Positions 40,868 to 51,727 of a stretch of 64,000 bases of DNA are shown here, one piece after another (the stretch's first letter is position 1; each line of letters begins with the position of its first letter). Source of the DNA: Candidatus Palauibacter sp. (lineage in GTDB: Bacteria > Gemmatimonadota > Gemmatimonadetes > Palauibacterales > Palauibacteraceae); contig NZ_OZ244149.1 in assembly GCF_965216145.1 (NCBI RefSeq), forward strand, positions 3,404,797-3,468,796, read 5' to 3'. The position numbers and the translations under genes are program-made. Under the pieces are notes generated by a model that worked only from the letters and a program-made list of their open reading frames with translations, did no database searches and was not told the origin of the DNA.

Positions 40868-42235
40868 TCACACCGGTGGCAGTTCGACCCCGTGGCCGGC
40901 GAGGAACCCGCGCGCGTCATCCGCGATCTCCCGCAGGCGCTCGGGCGTGTCCGCCTCGATCCGCGCCACGATCACCGGCTGCGTATTGCTCGCCCGGATC
41001 AGGAGCCAGCCGCCGTCGAACAGCACCCGAGCGCCGTCGATGTCGACGACCTCGTGGCGCTCCCGGTAGTGGCGCGTCGCCTCCGCCACGACCGCGAACT
41101 TCCGGTCTTCCGGACAGTCCAGGCGTAATTCTGGGGTGGACGGATAGCTCGGAATCCCGGCCGCCAGCTCGGACAGCGGCCGCCCGGCGCGGGCCACAAG
41201 CCCCGCCAGACGCGCCGCCGCATAGATCGCATCATCCGTTCCGTAAAACCGGTCGGCAAAGCAGATATGCCCACTCATCTCACCTGCTATGGGAGATCCT
41301 CCGGCCCGCATCCGCTCCTTGATGAGCGAGTGCCCCGTCTTCCACATCACCGGAACGCCGCCATCGGCGCGGATCACCCGCGGCAGCGCCTGCGAGCACT
41401 TCACGTCGAACACGACTTCCGCCCCCGGGCGCTCCGCCAGCACCTCCCGCGCGAAGAGCAGGAGCAGGTGGTCGCCGCGCACGATCTTCCCCTCTTCGGT
41501 CACCGCACCGATGCGATCGCCGTCGCCGTCGAGCCCCACGCCGAGGTCCGCCCCCGTCTCACGCACTCGCGCGATGAGGTCCTGGATGTACTCATCCACC
41601 GTCGGGTCCGGGTGGTGGTTGGGGAAGGTGCCGTCCGACTCGCAGTAGAGGCCGTCCACCTCGATCCCGGCGGCGGTGAGCGCCCGCACCGCGACGACGC
41701 TCCCCGCGCCGTTCCCGCAGTCGAGCACCATGCGCACGTTCCCGTCCACCCGACCGCGGGCCGCGATCTCCTCCACATACCGATCGAGGATCTCCGCTTC
41801 CCACACCTCTCCGGCACCGGTGGCGAAATCCCCCGCCTCGATCCGGGTCCGCAGCGAACGGATCGCATCCCCGTACAGAGCCCCTCCGTCCCGCACCATT
41901 TTGATCCCGTTGTATTCGGGAGGATTATGGGATCCGGTGATCTGGACACCCGCGTCCGTATCGAACTCGATGGCCGCGAAATAGAGCACGGGCGTCGGCA
42001 CGGTCCCCACCGTCGTCACGTCGACGCCGGCCGCGCACAGGCCCCGGCAGAGGGCGGCCGCGAGCCCCGGAGAGGAGGGCCGATTGTCGTGGCCGACGAC
42101 GACGCGCGGCGCGTCGCGGTCCGCGAGTTCGGTTCCGAAGGCGCGGCCGACGAGTTCGGCCGTCTCCTCCGTCAGGTCGTCGCCGACGATGCCGCGGATG
42201 TCGTACTCGCGGAAGATTCGGGGATCTATGCGCAT
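40868..42235 (-). CDS. phosphomannomutase/phosphoglucomutase family protein
   Basis: Active-site Ser loop ITGSHNPPEYNGIK and metal-binding GLDGDGDR. Confidence 0.85.
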   Translation of the reverse strand: MRIDPRIFREYDIRGIVGDDLTEETAELVGRAFGTELADRDAPRVVVGHDNRPSSPGLAAALCRGLCAAGVDVTTVGTVPTPVLYFAAIEFDTDAGVQITGSHNPPEYNGIKMVRDGGALYGDAIRSLRTRIEAGDFATGAGEVWEAEILDRYVEEIAARGRVDGNVRMVLDCGNGAGSVVAVRALTAAGIEVDGLYCESDGTFPNHHPDPTVDEYIQDLIARVRETGADLGVGLDGDGDRIGAVTEEGKIVRGDHLLLLFAREVLAERPGAEVVFDVKCSQALPRVIRADGGVPVMWKTGHSLIKERMRAGGSPIAGEMSGHICFADRFYGTDDAIYAAARLAGLVARAGRPLSELAAGIPSYPSTPELRLDCPEDRKFAVVAEATRHYRERHEVVDIDGARVLFDGGWLLIRASNTQPVIVARIEADTPERLREIADDARGFLAGHGVELPPV

Positions 42236-42332
42236 GGAGCCTCGGGTCGCGGGTCCGGGGCCGCCGGGGCGCGGAGCGCGCTCGCGGGCCCGAAAAACGG
42301 CGTCTTTTTGGTCGCCCCGGAGGGCTAACGGG

Positions 42333-43901
42333 TCACGGGGCGTCGGACTCGGGGCCGGCGATGGTTACGCCGGCCCCGGGCCCGTCGGGGAGAGCCTCGC
42401 GCGCCCGCTCGATGATCCGGCCCGGGAAGAGCCCGGCCAGGAGGATGAGCGCCACGCAGGTCCCGATCACGAGATTGAACCCCGGCTTCGGGGACGGTGG
42501 CATGTGGGCGTCCTCGGGCGCCGTCTCGAAATACATCTTCCACACCACGCGCAGATAGTAGTAGTAGGCGACGAGACTCGTGAGGACGAGCGTCACCGCC
42601 AGCGCCGTCTCTCCCGCGTCAACGGCCGCCCTGAGGAGGTACAGCTTGCCGACGAAGCCGGCCGTGGGCGGGAAACCCGCCAGAGAGAGCAGGAAGACGA
42701 GGAGCGCCCCCCCCAGCACCGGACGTCGCCAGCCCAGCCCGCGGTAGTCGCGAACCCGCTGGTAGCGGTCCCCCTTCCCCGCCACGTGGAAGACGATCGC
42801 GAAGCTCGCCGCCGTGACCACGGTGTAGGCCGCCAGATAGAAGAGGGACGCGGAGCGCCCGAGTTCGGAGGCCGCCGCCACGCCCACGAGCAGATACCCG
42901 GCGTGCGCCACGGAAGAGTAGGCGAGCATCCGCTTCACGTCGTCCTGCGCGAGCGCGATCAGGTTGGGCACGATCATGGTCAGCATCGCGAGCCACCACA
43001 CGGCGCCCCGCCACGTCTCCGCGGCGCCCCCCAGATCCACCGTCAGCACGCGGAGCAGCGCGATGAAGGCGGCGGCCTTCACGCCGGTCGCCATGAGCGA
43101 GGTGACCGGCGTCGGCGCTCCATCGTACGCGTCGGGGGCCCACATGTGGAACGGCACCGCCGCGATCTTGAACGCGAAGCCGATGAGCAGGAGGCCGATG
43201 CCGGCCACGAGGAGGAGGTCGCCCCCGGCGCCCGCCCCGGCCGCGATCCGGTCGGCGGCGGTGGCGAGGCGCGTCGTCCCGGTGGCCCCGTACAGGAGCG
43301 CGATCCCGTACACGACGAAGGCGCTCGCGAAGGCGCCGACGATGAAGTACTTGAGGCTCGCCTCCGAAGAGCGCGGGTTCTTCCGCGCGAACCCCGTGAG
43401 CACGTACACGGAAATCGACATCAGCTCGAGACCGACGAAGAGCAGGATGAGGTCGCGCGCCGCCACGAGCACCAACATCCCGACCAGCGCCATGAGCACG
43501 AGCGCGTGGAACTCCGGCGAACGCAGCCCCTCGCGACTCAGGTAGTCGCGCGACAGCGACACGACGAGGAGTCCCCCGCCGAGGAGGATCACGTCGGCCG
43601 CGACCCGGAACCCGTCGAGCGCGATCATGGCGTCGGGGGGGCCGGAGGCATCCATGAGCCACAGGCTCGCGAGGAGTGCGCCCGCGATCGAGTACAGCGT
43701 CACGAGGCAGTCGACCGACATGCGCCCGTCACCGCCGGAGCCGCCCGAGGCCTCGCCCGCGGGCACGAAGGCGTCTCGCATCAGGATCACCATGGCGGCG
43801 ATCGAGAGGATGACTTCCGGCAGGAGGGCCAACCAGTAGCTGCCATGCGAGGCGAAGTCGAAGACCCTCACGTCACTCCCCTCCCCCGGCCCCGGCGGCA
43901 T
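42333..43901 (-). CDS. nuoN: NADH-quinone oxidoreductase subunit N
   Basis: 14-TM antiporter-like subunit, last gene of the nuo string. Confidence 0.85.
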   Translation of the reverse strand: MPPGPGEGSDVRVFDFASHGSYWLALLPEVILSIAAMVILMRDAFVPAGEASGGSGGDGRMSVDCLVTLYSIAGALLASLWLMDASGPPDAMIALDGFRVAADVILLGGGLLVVSLSRDYLSREGLRSPEFHALVLMALVGMLVLVAARDLILLFVGLELMSISVYVLTGFARKNPRSSEASLKYFIVGAFASAFVVYGIALLYGATGTTRLATAADRIAAGAGAGGDLLLVAGIGLLLIGFAFKIAAVPFHMWAPDAYDGAPTPVTSLMATGVKAAAFIALLRVLTVDLGGAAETWRGAVWWLAMLTMIVPNLIALAQDDVKRMLAYSSVAHAGYLLVGVAAASELGRSASLFYLAAYTVVTAASFAIVFHVAGKGDRYQRVRDYRGLGWRRPVLGGALLVFLLSLAGFPPTAGFVGKLYLLRAAVDAGETALAVTLVLTSLVAYYYYLRVVWKMYFETAPEDAHMPPSPKPGFNLVIGTCVALILLAGLFPGRIIERAREALPDGPGAGVTIAGPESDAP

Positions 43902-45414
43902 CCACCTGGACGACGGCCGTTCGCCCCTCCACGTGCTCGATGAGGGCCTCTACGGAGGCCCGCGTCCGGTTCAGGAACGGCCCCGGCCACACCCCCATGA
44001 GGAGGATCAGCACCAGGAGCGGCGCGAGGATCAGCCGCTCACGGCCGTTCACGTCGCGCAGCGACCGGTTTTCGTCGCGCTCCAGCCGGTTGAACAGCAC
44101 GCGCTGCACCATGGGCAGCATGTAGCAGGCGGCGAAGATGACGCCGGTCGTGGCGACCGCGGCGATCCAGGGGTGGGTGCGGAACGTCCCCAGCAGGATC
44201 AGGAACTCGCCCACGAAGCCGTTCGTGCCCGGAAGGCCCACGGACGACAGCGCGACGACGACGAGCGCGAAGGCGAAGATCGGCATCACCTTCGCGATGC
44301 CGCCGAAGTCCGCGATCAGGCGGGTGTGACGCCGCTCGTACAGCATCCCGATGAGGAGGAAGAGGGCCCCCGTCGAGATGCCGTGGTTCACCATCTGCAG
44401 GATCCCGCCCTCGATCCCCTGCGTCGTGAGCCCGAACACGCCGATCACGACGAAGCCGAGGTGAGCCACCGATGTGTAGGCGATGAGCTTCTTCGCGTCG
44501 GGCTGGACCGCCGCCACCCAGGCCGCGTAGAGGATTCCGATCACGCCGAGCGCCATCATCGTGTTCACGACCGCCGGGTCTGTCGCCGCGGCCGGGAAGA
44601 AGGGGAGCCCGAACCGCAGGAACCCGTACACGCCCATCTTGAGCAGTACCCCGGCCAGGATCACCGAACCCGCCGTGGGCGCCTCCACGTGCGCGTCCGG
44701 AAGCCAGGTGTGGAACGGGAAGAGCGGCACTTTGATGGCGAACGCGAGCGCGAAGCCGGCGAAGAGCCACAGCTGCGCCCGGCGCGCGAGGTCGACCGAG
44801 AGCAGGTCCTCGTAGGCGAAGCTCCAGCCCCCCCCGCCGCTCCGGAACAGCCACGCGAGGGTCACGATCGCGACCAGCATGAGGAGCGACCCCGCGGCCG
44901 TGTAGAGGAAGAACTTCACCGCCGAGTAGATCCGCCGCTCCCCGCCCCAGATCCCGATCAGGAAGTACATCGGGATCAGCATGATCTCCCAGAACACGTA
45001 GAAGAGGAAGAGATCGAGGGCCACGAAGACCCCGATCATCCCCGTCATGAGGAAGAGCAGCATCGCGTAGAAGGCCCGCTCCCTCCGCGTGATGTGGGAG
45101 AACGACCCCGCCACCGAGAGCGGCATGATGAAGGTCGTGAGCAGGATCATGAGGATCGAGATCCCGTCCACTCCCACGGAGTACGAGATCCCCCACGCCT
45201 CGACCCAGGGGATCGAGACCTGGTTCTGGAAGCCCGGCTCCGCCGTGTCGAAGGTCCAGAACAGCGGCAGCGAGAGCGCGAACAGGAAGAGCGTCGTGCC
45301 GAGCGCGATCGTCTTCGCCCGCGCTTCCGGCGCCAGGAGGCAGGCCACCCCGCCGAGGAGCGGGAGGACCACGAGCGCGGTCAGGATCCAGTGCCCGTCG
45401 TACAGGGCCGTCAT
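43873..45414 (-). CDS. nuoM: NADH-quinone oxidoreductase subunit M
   Basis: Antiporter-like subunit. The internal Met start ([17 protein letters not shown]) overlaps the nuoL stop (ATGA). Confidence 0.85.
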   Translation of the reverse strand: MTALYDGHWILTALVVLPLLGGVACLLAPEARAKTIALGTTLFLFALSLPLFWTFDTAEPGFQNQVSIPWVEAWGISYSVGVDGISILMILLTTFIMPLSVAGSFSHITRRERAFYAMLLFLMTGMIGVFVALDLFLFYVFWEIMLIPMYFLIGIWGGERRIYSAVKFFLYTAAGSLLMLVAIVTLAWLFRSGGGGWSFAYEDLLSVDLARRAQLWLFAGFALAFAIKVPLFPFHTWLPDAHVEAPTAGSVILAGVLLKMGVYGFLRFGLPFFPAAATDPAVVNTMMALGVIGILYAAWVAAVQPDAKKLIAYTSVAHLGFVVIGVFGLTTQGIEGGILQMVNHGISTGALFLLIGMLYERRHTRLIADFGGIAKVMPIFAFALVVVALSSVGLPGTNGFVGEFLILLGTFRTHPWIAAVATTGVIFAACYMLPMVQRVLFNRLERDENRSLRDVNGRERLILAPLLVLILLMGVWPGPFLNRTRASVEALIEHVEGRTAVVQVDAAGAGGGE

Positions 45415-47528
45415 GCGAGCACGCTCAGGACGAGCAGGGCGCCGAGCATGAACACGACGAGGTAGGTCGTCACGCGGCCGCTCTGCAGCTGTCCGCCGGC
45501 CCAGCCGAGGAGGCGGGCGCCGCGCCCCACCCCGTTCACGGCGCCGTCGATGAGCCCCGCGTCCACGATCCGCCAGCAGGCGCGCCACAGGGCGAGCGAG
45601 GGCCGCACGATCATGCGGTCGTAGAGTTCATCGACGTACCACTTGTCGTGCAGCACGCGCGCGAACCCGGTCGGCGCCACGGCCTCGGCCTCCGTGGGCA
45701 CGGGCTTCGGTGAGAGGACCCTGACCGTCGCGGTCACGGCCACGATCGCGATGACCGCGGAGATCCCGGCCCACAGCGCCTCGCCGCCTCCCACGGGCGC
45801 GTGGTGCTCGGCCACGAGGTTTCTCGCCTCGGCGATCGCGATCGCGGGCTCGAACACGGGCTCGAGCCAGTGGTGGAACCACTCGACGGCCGGGAGCACG
45901 GGGAGCGCCTCCGGGATATTCACCCAGCCGCCGACGGCCGAGAGCACGGCGAGCAGGGCCAGCGGCCCCCACATGACGAGCGGCACCTCGTGCAGCCGCC
46001 GGCCCGCTTCGGCCGTCCCTCCGTGGCCGAAGGTGCGGTTCTTGCCGTGGAAGGTCATGACCATGAGGCGGGTCATGTACACCGCCGTGAGGAACGCCGT
46101 GGCCAGCGCGACCCCCCACAGGACGGGATACCCGTAGGCGCCCGCGTACCAGATGATCTCGTCCTTCGAGAAGAACCCGGCCAGCGGCGGCACCCCCGCG
46201 ATCGCGAGCGTCGCGATCCACATGAAGGCCCACGTGCGGGGCATGAACGCCCTCAGCCCCCCGTGGTTCCGCATGTCGTTGGGATCCCCGTGATGGCCGT
46301 CGCCGTGCGCGTCGTCGCCGTCCCCGTGTGCCCACGCGTGGTGGACCGCGTGGATCACGGCGCCGGCGCCGAGGAAGAGCAGCGCCTTGAAGAAGGCGTG
46401 CGTCATGAGATGGAAGACGCCGGCCGTGAACGCCCCCACCCCGACGGCGAGGAACATGTAGCCGAGCTGCGAGATCGTGGAGTAGGCGAGGACCTTCTTG
46501 ATGTCGTACTGCCGGATCGCGATCGAAGCCGCGAACAGCGCCGTCCCCGCCCCCAGCGCCGCCACGACACCCTGGGAGACGGGCGCGAGCGCGAACAGCA
46601 CGCTGGTGCGCGCGATGAGGTAGACGCCCGCCGTGACCATGGTCGCCGCATGGATGAGCGCCGAGACGGGCGTCGGCCCCGCCATGGCGTCGGGCAGCCA
46701 CGTGTGGAGCGGGATCTGCGCCGACTTCCCGGTGCAGCCCAGGAAGAGGAGGAGCGTGATCCCGGTCACGAGGAGACCGCCGTAGGCCAGCGTCCCTTCC
46801 GCCGCCTCGAGGAGGGGGACGAAGTCCAGCGTCCCGAAGGTCACGAAGAGGAGGAACATGGCGACGAGGAAGCCCGCGTCGCCGATCCGGTTCATGATGA
46901 ACGCCTTCTTGCCCGCGTTCGCGTACTCCCGGTTCTCGTACCAGAAGCCGATGAGGAGGTACGAGCACAGCCCCACGCCCTCCCAGCCCACGAACATCAG
47001 CGGCAGGCTGGCCCCGAGGACGAGAACCAGCATGAAGAAGACGAACAGGTTCAGGTACGAGAAGTAGCGCGAGTAACCGGGGTCCTCACGCATGTAGCCG
47101 ACCGAGTAGATGTGGATCAGGCTTCCCACCCCGGTCACGACCATGCACATCAGCATCGAGAGCTGGTCGAACTGCAGATCGACGCCGATGTGGAGGTCGC
47201 CGGATACGATCCAGCTCCAGAGGCGCACGACCTCCGCCCCGTGCAGTTCGGCGCCGTTCATCCCGATGAAGTTGATGAGGACGACGTTGAAGCTCAGGAG
47301 CAGCGCCGCGGGTCCGACGATGGACGGGATCCGCTTGTCGTCCCGCCACAGGAAGGCCCCGAGACCGTTGACGACGGCTCCAAGAAGCGGAAAAGCGAGG
47401 ATGAGCCACGGCAATACCGGATGGAACGCCGTTCCCGCGCCCTCCTGTGCCGCGAGCGCGGCGGCTCCGGCCGGAAGCGCCCCCGCCCCGCTCAGGACCC
47501 CGCTCGCGATGCTCACGATGCTCACCAT
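45411..47528 (-). CDS. nuoL: NADH-quinone oxidoreductase subunit L
   Basis: About 700-aa antiporter-like subunit with a long C-terminal amphipathic arm. The ORF is over-extended upstream; the start is taken at [10 protein letters not shown]. Confidence 0.85.
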   Translation of the reverse strand: MVSIVSIASGVLSGAGALPAGAAALAAQEGAGTAFHPVLPWLILAFPLLGAVVNGLGAFLWRDDKRIPSIVGPAALLLSFNVVLINFIGMNGAELHGAEVVRLWSWIVSGDLHIGVDLQFDQLSMLMCMVVTGVGSLIHIYSVGYMREDPGYSRYFSYLNLFVFFMLVLVLGASLPLMFVGWEGVGLCSYLLIGFWYENREYANAGKKAFIMNRIGDAGFLVAMFLLFVTFGTLDFVPLLEAAEGTLAYGGLLVTGITLLLFLGCTGKSAQIPLHTWLPDAMAGPTPVSALIHAATMVTAGVYLIARTSVLFALAPVSQGVVAALGAGTALFAASIAIRQYDIKKVLAYSTISQLGYMFLAVGVGAFTAGVFHLMTHAFFKALLFLGAGAVIHAVHHAWAHGDGDDAHGDGHHGDPNDMRNHGGLRAFMPRTWAFMWIATLAIAGVPPLAGFFSKDEIIWYAGAYGYPVLWGVALATAFLTAVYMTRLMVMTFHGKNRTFGHGGTAEAGRRLHEVPLVMWGPLALLAVLSAVGGWVNIPEALPVLPAVEWFHHWLEPVFEPAIAIAEARNLVAEHHAPVGGGEALWAGISAVIAIVAVTATVRVLSPKPVPTEAEAVAPTGFARVLHDKWYVDELYDRMIVRPSLALWRACWRIVDAGLIDGAVNGVGRGARLLGWAGGQLQSGRVTTYLVVFMLGALLVLSVLA

Positions 47529-47851
47529 CTCAGCAGCCGGAAGCGATCGAGGTCCACGACCTCGTAATGGCGGAAGATGGCGATGATGATCGCGAGTCCG
47601 ACGGCGGCCTCGGCCGCGGCGACGGCCATCACGAAGAAGACGAAGATCTGGCCCTCGATCCCGTGCATGCGCGAGAACGCGACGAGGGACAGGTTCGCCG
47701 CGTTGAGCATCAGTTCGACGCACATGAAGACGATGATCGCGTTCCGGCGGAGCAGCACGCCGATCACGCCGATGGAGAACAGGATCGCGCTCACGAAGAG
47801 GGCGATGAGCCCGTGCAGCCCGAGGGCGCCCGCCAGCCCGGCCTCGTTCAC
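47522..47851 (-). CDS. nuoK: NADH-quinone oxidoreductase subunit K
   Basis: About 109 aa, 3 TM. GTG start at 47851 overlaps the nuoJ stop. Confidence 0.8.
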   Translation of the reverse strand: MNEAGLAGALGLHGLIALFVSAILFSIGVIGVLLRRNAIIVFMCVELMLNAANLSLVAFSRMHGIEGQIFVFFVMAVAAAEAAVGLAIIIAIFRHYEVVDLDRFRLLRW

Positions 47852-48375
47852 GTCCGTTCCCTGCGCGCGAGGAGGATCGTGCCCACGATCGAGGCGAGGA
47901 GGAGCACGCCGGTCACCTCGAGCACGATGACGTACTCCTGGAAGAGCGGCCGGGCCACGATGCCGATCACGCCCTGTTCGGCGGCGGCCGCCCGCAGCGC
48001 ATTCCCCGCGACTTCCACGGCCGGCCGGGCCTCCGCCCCCCCGACGAAGAGCCGCGTCAGGATCCCCAGGAAGGCAATGGCGATGGAGCCGCCCACGAGG
48101 CCGCCGATCGGCCCGCGCAGATCGCGCCACTCCGCGTGCCCGAGGTTCAGCAGCATGATCACGAACAGGAACAGGACCATGATGGCCCCGCCGTACAGGA
48201 TCACGTTGATCGCCGCGATGTAGTGCGCGTCCAGCATGAGGAACATGCCGGAGGTGGCGAAGAACACGGCGACCAGGAAGACCACGGCGGTGACGGGATT
48301 CCGGCGCGTGACCATGAGGATGGCGCCCAGAATCGCGCTCGCCGCGAAGGCCTGGAAGAGGAAGTCCTGGATCAT
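47848..48375 (-). CDS. nuoJ: NADH-quinone oxidoreductase subunit J
   Basis: 175 aa. N-terminus [22 protein letters not shown]. Confidence 0.85.
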   Translation of the reverse strand: MIQDFLFQAFAASAILGAILMVTRRNPVTAVVFLVAVFFATSGMFLMLDAHYIAAINVILYGGAIMVLFLFVIMLLNLGHAEWRDLRGPIGGLVGGSIAIAFLGILTRLFVGGAEARPAVEVAGNALRAAAAEQGVIGIVARPLFQEYVIVLEVTGVLLLASIVGTILLARRERT

Positions 48376-48394
48376 CGTGACCTCAACCGCGGCA

Positions 48395-48892
48395 TCACTG
48401 CGACGCCGGGTCGGAGGGATCCCACAGCGCCGTCATGGGGTGCTCCTGTTCGACGAGCCGCTCGAGGTCGTAGACCCAGCGCTCGCGGGAGTACTCCGCG
48501 TTCTCGTAGTGCACCCCGAGGTGGATCGCCTCCACCGGGCACACCTCCTGGCAGTAGCCGCAGAAGATGCAGCGGAACTCGTCGATCTCGTAGATCGCCG
48601 CGTAGCGTTCCCCGTTCTCGTCCTCGGCCGGCACGAGCTTGATGCAGTTCACCGGGCACACGGTCGGACACAGCCCGCAGGCGACGCACTTCGCCCGCCC
48701 GTCCTCGTGCACCGCCATGCGGTGCGTGCCCCGCGTGCGCGGCGCGAGTTCCCACTTCTCGTCGGGATACTGCTGCGTCTTAGTACGGGGCTTGAGGAGG
48801 TGACGGAGCGTGATCGACATCCCCTTCGCCGCGGCCCTCACGTACGAGCCTTCCGCGCGGGGGCGTTCCAGAATCCTGACCTCTCCGGGCAT
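48395..48892 (-). CDS. nuoI: NADH-quinone oxidoreductase subunit I (2x[4Fe-4S])
   Basis: CVACGLCPTVCP and CIFCGYCQEVCP ferredoxin motifs. Confidence 0.9.
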   Translation of the reverse strand: MPGEVRILERPRAEGSYVRAAAKGMSITLRHLLKPRTKTQQYPDEKWELAPRTRGTHRMAVHEDGRAKCVACGLCPTVCPVNCIKLVPAEDENGERYAAIYEIDEFRCIFCGYCQEVCPVEAIHLGVHYENAEYSRERWVYDLERLVEQEHPMTALWDPSDPASQ

Positions 48893-48893
48893 A

Positions 48894-50129
48894 CTACCCT
48901 CCCTGGCCTTTCGTTCCCTTGGCAGCGCCGCGAATCAGCGTCCCCCGGTCCATGGCGAAGAAGATCACGCCCGCGAGGACCAGGTTCACGACGAAGAGGA
49001 CGAACGCGTACCAGCCGCCGGCCGGGATCCCCACGGCTTCGATCCCGAGGATGACGAGCGCGATGACGAGGATGTACACCGTCACCGCCTCGAGCATGAA
49101 CTTCCAGCCCAGGTCCATGAGCTGGTCGTAGCGGAAGCGCGGCAGCGTCCAGCGGATCCAGACGAAGACGAGGACGACGAGCGCCGTCTTCGTCGCGAAG
49201 GCGCCGAGCGTGAGGAGCGTCTTCCACCATGTGGGCGTGCCGATCACCGTCCCGTCGGAGAGCACCCGGATGTTGTCCCCCTGCCAAAACGGGATATCCC
49301 ACCCGCCGAGGAAGAAGACGGTGACGAGCGCGGCGACGGTGATCACGTGCGCGAATTCGCCGATCATGAACATCGAGAACTTCATCGCCGAGTACTCGGT
49401 GTGGTATCCGGTGATGAGTTCGGACTCCGCTTCGGGCAGGTCGAAGGGGAGCCGGTTCGTCTCCGCCAGACCCGAAATGAAGAAGAAGAAGAGGCCGACG
49501 AGGAGCGGGAAGGCGAACCACGTCGCGTACGTCGCCGGCCCCGCGGTGAACGTCTGCTGCATCGAGACGATCTCGGGCGCGCGCACGTCCCCGGTGAGGA
49601 GGATGAGCGGGACGAGGCTCAGCGCGAGCGCGACTTCGTAGCTCACCATCTGGGCGGAGCCGCGGAGGCCGCCCAGGAGCGAGTACTTGGAACCCGAGGC
49701 CCACCCGCCCATGGCGACGCCGTACACGCCGATCGAGCCGATCGCGAGCACGTAGAGAAACCCGATCGGCACATCCGCCACGATCATCTCCACGAGACCC
49801 CATTGCGTGGGGAGCGGGGAGCCGAAGGGGATGACGGCGAACAGGATCGTGGCCGGGAGGATCGCGAGCACGGGCGCGAGGAGGAAGAAGGGCCGGATCG
49901 CCTGGTCCGGCATCGTCTCTTCCTTGATGAGGTTCTTGAGCCCGTCCGCGATCACCTGGAGCAGACCCCAGGGGCCGACGCGGTTGGGGCCGCTCCGGTC
50001 CTGGATGAAGCCCGCCACCTTCCGTTCCACGATCGTCGACAGCATGACGGCGAGCATGAGCACGGTGAAGAAGACGGCCACCTTGAGCAGCGTGGCCACG
50101 GCGAAGGCGCCGCCGGCAACCGGGCTCAT
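48894..50129 (-). CDS. nuoH: NADH-quinone oxidoreductase subunit H
   Basis: NuoH N-terminus (VERKVAGFIQDRSGPNRVGPWGLLQ). The ATG at 50129 overlaps the nuoG stop. The ~480-aa upstream ORF extension is rejected. Confidence 0.85.
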   Translation of the reverse strand: MSPVAGGAFAVATLLKVAVFFTVLMLAVMLSTIVERKVAGFIQDRSGPNRVGPWGLLQVIADGLKNLIKEETMPDQAIRPFFLLAPVLAILPATILFAVIPFGSPLPTQWGLVEMIVADVPIGFLYVLAIGSIGVYGVAMGGWASGSKYSLLGGLRGSAQMVSYEVALALSLVPLILLTGDVRAPEIVSMQQTFTAGPATYATWFAFPLLVGLFFFFISGLAETNRLPFDLPEAESELITGYHTEYSAMKFSMFMIGEFAHVITVAALVTVFFLGGWDIPFWQGDNIRVLSDGTVIGTPTWWKTLLTLGAFATKTALVVLVFVWIRWTLPRFRYDQLMDLGWKFMLEAVTVYILVIALVILGIEAVGIPAGGWYAFVLFVVNLVLAGVIFFAMDRGTLIRGAAKGTKGQGG

Positions 50130-51724
50130 GCGTCGGCCTCCGCCGGGGCCGCGGCGGCCGTGCCGGCGGCCGGGGCGCCCTTGAGCCCGATCCCGTCCCA
50201 CGTCAGGCCCTCGAAGGCCGGGACGTCCGCCGCCATCCGCTCGAACGCGGTCCGGATATCGGACACGGCCGTGCCGTCTCCCAGGCGGGCCAGTACGCGA
50301 CTGAGGATCATCCAGGCCGGGCGTGCCGACCCGGGCGGCGTGAGCGCCTGGTGGAAGCGCTGCACGCGGCCCTCGAAGTTCGTGAACGACCCGTCCATCT
50401 CGGCGAAGGTCGAGATCGGGAGTACCGCGTCCGCATTGCGCGCCGCCGCCGGGAGCCGCGTCCCGAGGTAGAGGAAGAGGTCGGCCGCCTCGCCGAAGTC
50501 CTCGCCGGCGCCGTCCAGCGCGTCGTCCAGCACCACGAGCGCCCCGGCCTCCGCGCCGCTCGAGAGGGCCGCGACGCGCTGCGCGCCGAAGATCCCGGCC
50601 CCCGCGACGTTCGCCGCGCGGTCGGCCCGGAGCTTGAGCGTCGGCACGGTGGGCAGCGCCGCCGTCTCCCCCTGCTCCACCTGGAACTCGCCCCCCTCCA
50701 CGCCCAGCCGCGCGAGGAGTCGTCCGACGTAGAACAGATTCTCGTTGGAGGCGTCCGGGGACACGATCGCGCGACCGCCGGGGGAGCCCGCCGCCTCGAT
50801 CTTCTCCGCCAGCCACGCGAGGGCGGTGGCCCAGTCCACCGGCCTCAGCGCGTCGCCGTCGCGGATGAGCGGCACCTCGGCGCGCACGCCGCGGTTCGTC
50901 ATCACCAGGTGCCGCCGACCGTAGTCGCACATCCACCAGGAGTTGACCGCCGCGTTGTGCCGCGGCTTGACCCGGACGATCTGGTTTTCCGTGGTGTCGA
51001 TCGTGACGTTGCAGCCGGTCGGGCATCCCGGGCACACGCTCGCCGTGGCGTCCATGTCCCAGGCGCGGGCCTTGAACACGAAGTCCTCGTGCACGAGCGC
51101 CCCCACGGGACACACGTCGACGATGTTCCCCTGGAACGGATTGTCGAGTTCGCGGCCCGGGAAGGTGTCGATGTAGGCCTTGTCTCCGCGCTGGGCGACG
51201 ATGAGCGCGTCGTCCTCCGCGACATCCCGCATGAAGCGGACGCAGCGCGTGCAGATGATGCAGCGGTCCGCGAAGTAGAGGATGTCGTCGGCGATCCGGT
51301 CGCGCCCCATGACCCGCTTCGGCTCGTCGACCCGGCTCTCGAGCTGGTTCGTGACGTACGCGTAGTCCTGGAGCATGCACTGCCCGGCCGCGTCGCAGAT
51401 CGGGCAGTCGAGCGGGTGGTTCACGAGCAGGAATTCGATGACCGACTGCCGGGCCGTACGGGCCGTGTCGCTCGCCGTGTGCACGACCATGTCGTCGGTC
51501 GCCTGAAGCGTACACGAGGGCTCCAGTTTGGGCCGCCCCTCCACCTCCACCAGACACATTCGGCACTGGGCGGGCCGCGTCGGGATCCCCGGGTGGTAGC
51601 AGTAGCGCGGCACCACGACGCCCACGCGCTCGGCGGCCTCGATGACGCGCGTCCCTGGCGGGACCGTGACTTCGACGCCGTCGATCGTGAGCGTGATCGT
51701 CGCCCGGGCTCCGTTCTCAGCCAT
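50126..51724 (-). CDS. nuoG: NADH-quinone oxidoreductase subunit G (short form)
   Basis: 2Fe-2S CYHPGIPTRPAQCRMCLVEV, 4Fe-4S clusters (CPICDAAGQCMLQ; CIICTRCVRF), molybdopterin-like domain. Confidence 0.88.
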   Translation of the reverse strand: MAENGARATITLTIDGVEVTVPPGTRVIEAAERVGVVVPRYCYHPGIPTRPAQCRMCLVEVEGRPKLEPSCTLQATDDMVVHTASDTARTARQSVIEFLLVNHPLDCPICDAAGQCMLQDYAYVTNQLESRVDEPKRVMGRDRIADDILYFADRCIICTRCVRFMRDVAEDDALIVAQRGDKAYIDTFPGRELDNPFQGNIVDVCPVGALVHEDFVFKARAWDMDATASVCPGCPTGCNVTIDTTENQIVRVKPRHNAAVNSWWMCDYGRRHLVMTNRGVRAEVPLIRDGDALRPVDWATALAWLAEKIEAAGSPGGRAIVSPDASNENLFYVGRLLARLGVEGGEFQVEQGETAALPTVPTLKLRADRAANVAGAGIFGAQRVAALSSGAEAGALVVLDDALDGAGEDFGEAADLFLYLGTRLPAAARNADAVLPISTFAEMDGSFTNFEGRVQRFHQALTPPGSARPAWMILSRVLARLGDGTAVSDIRTAFERMAADVPAFEGLTWDGIGLKGAPAAGTAAAAPAEADA

Positions 51725-51727
51725 GCG

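Noticed and set aside
42236-42332. Possible terminator downstream of nuoN (aaaaacggcgtcttttt region)
   Set aside because: The stem is weak and imperfect and there is no clean GC hairpin plus U-tract. Not convincing by eye.
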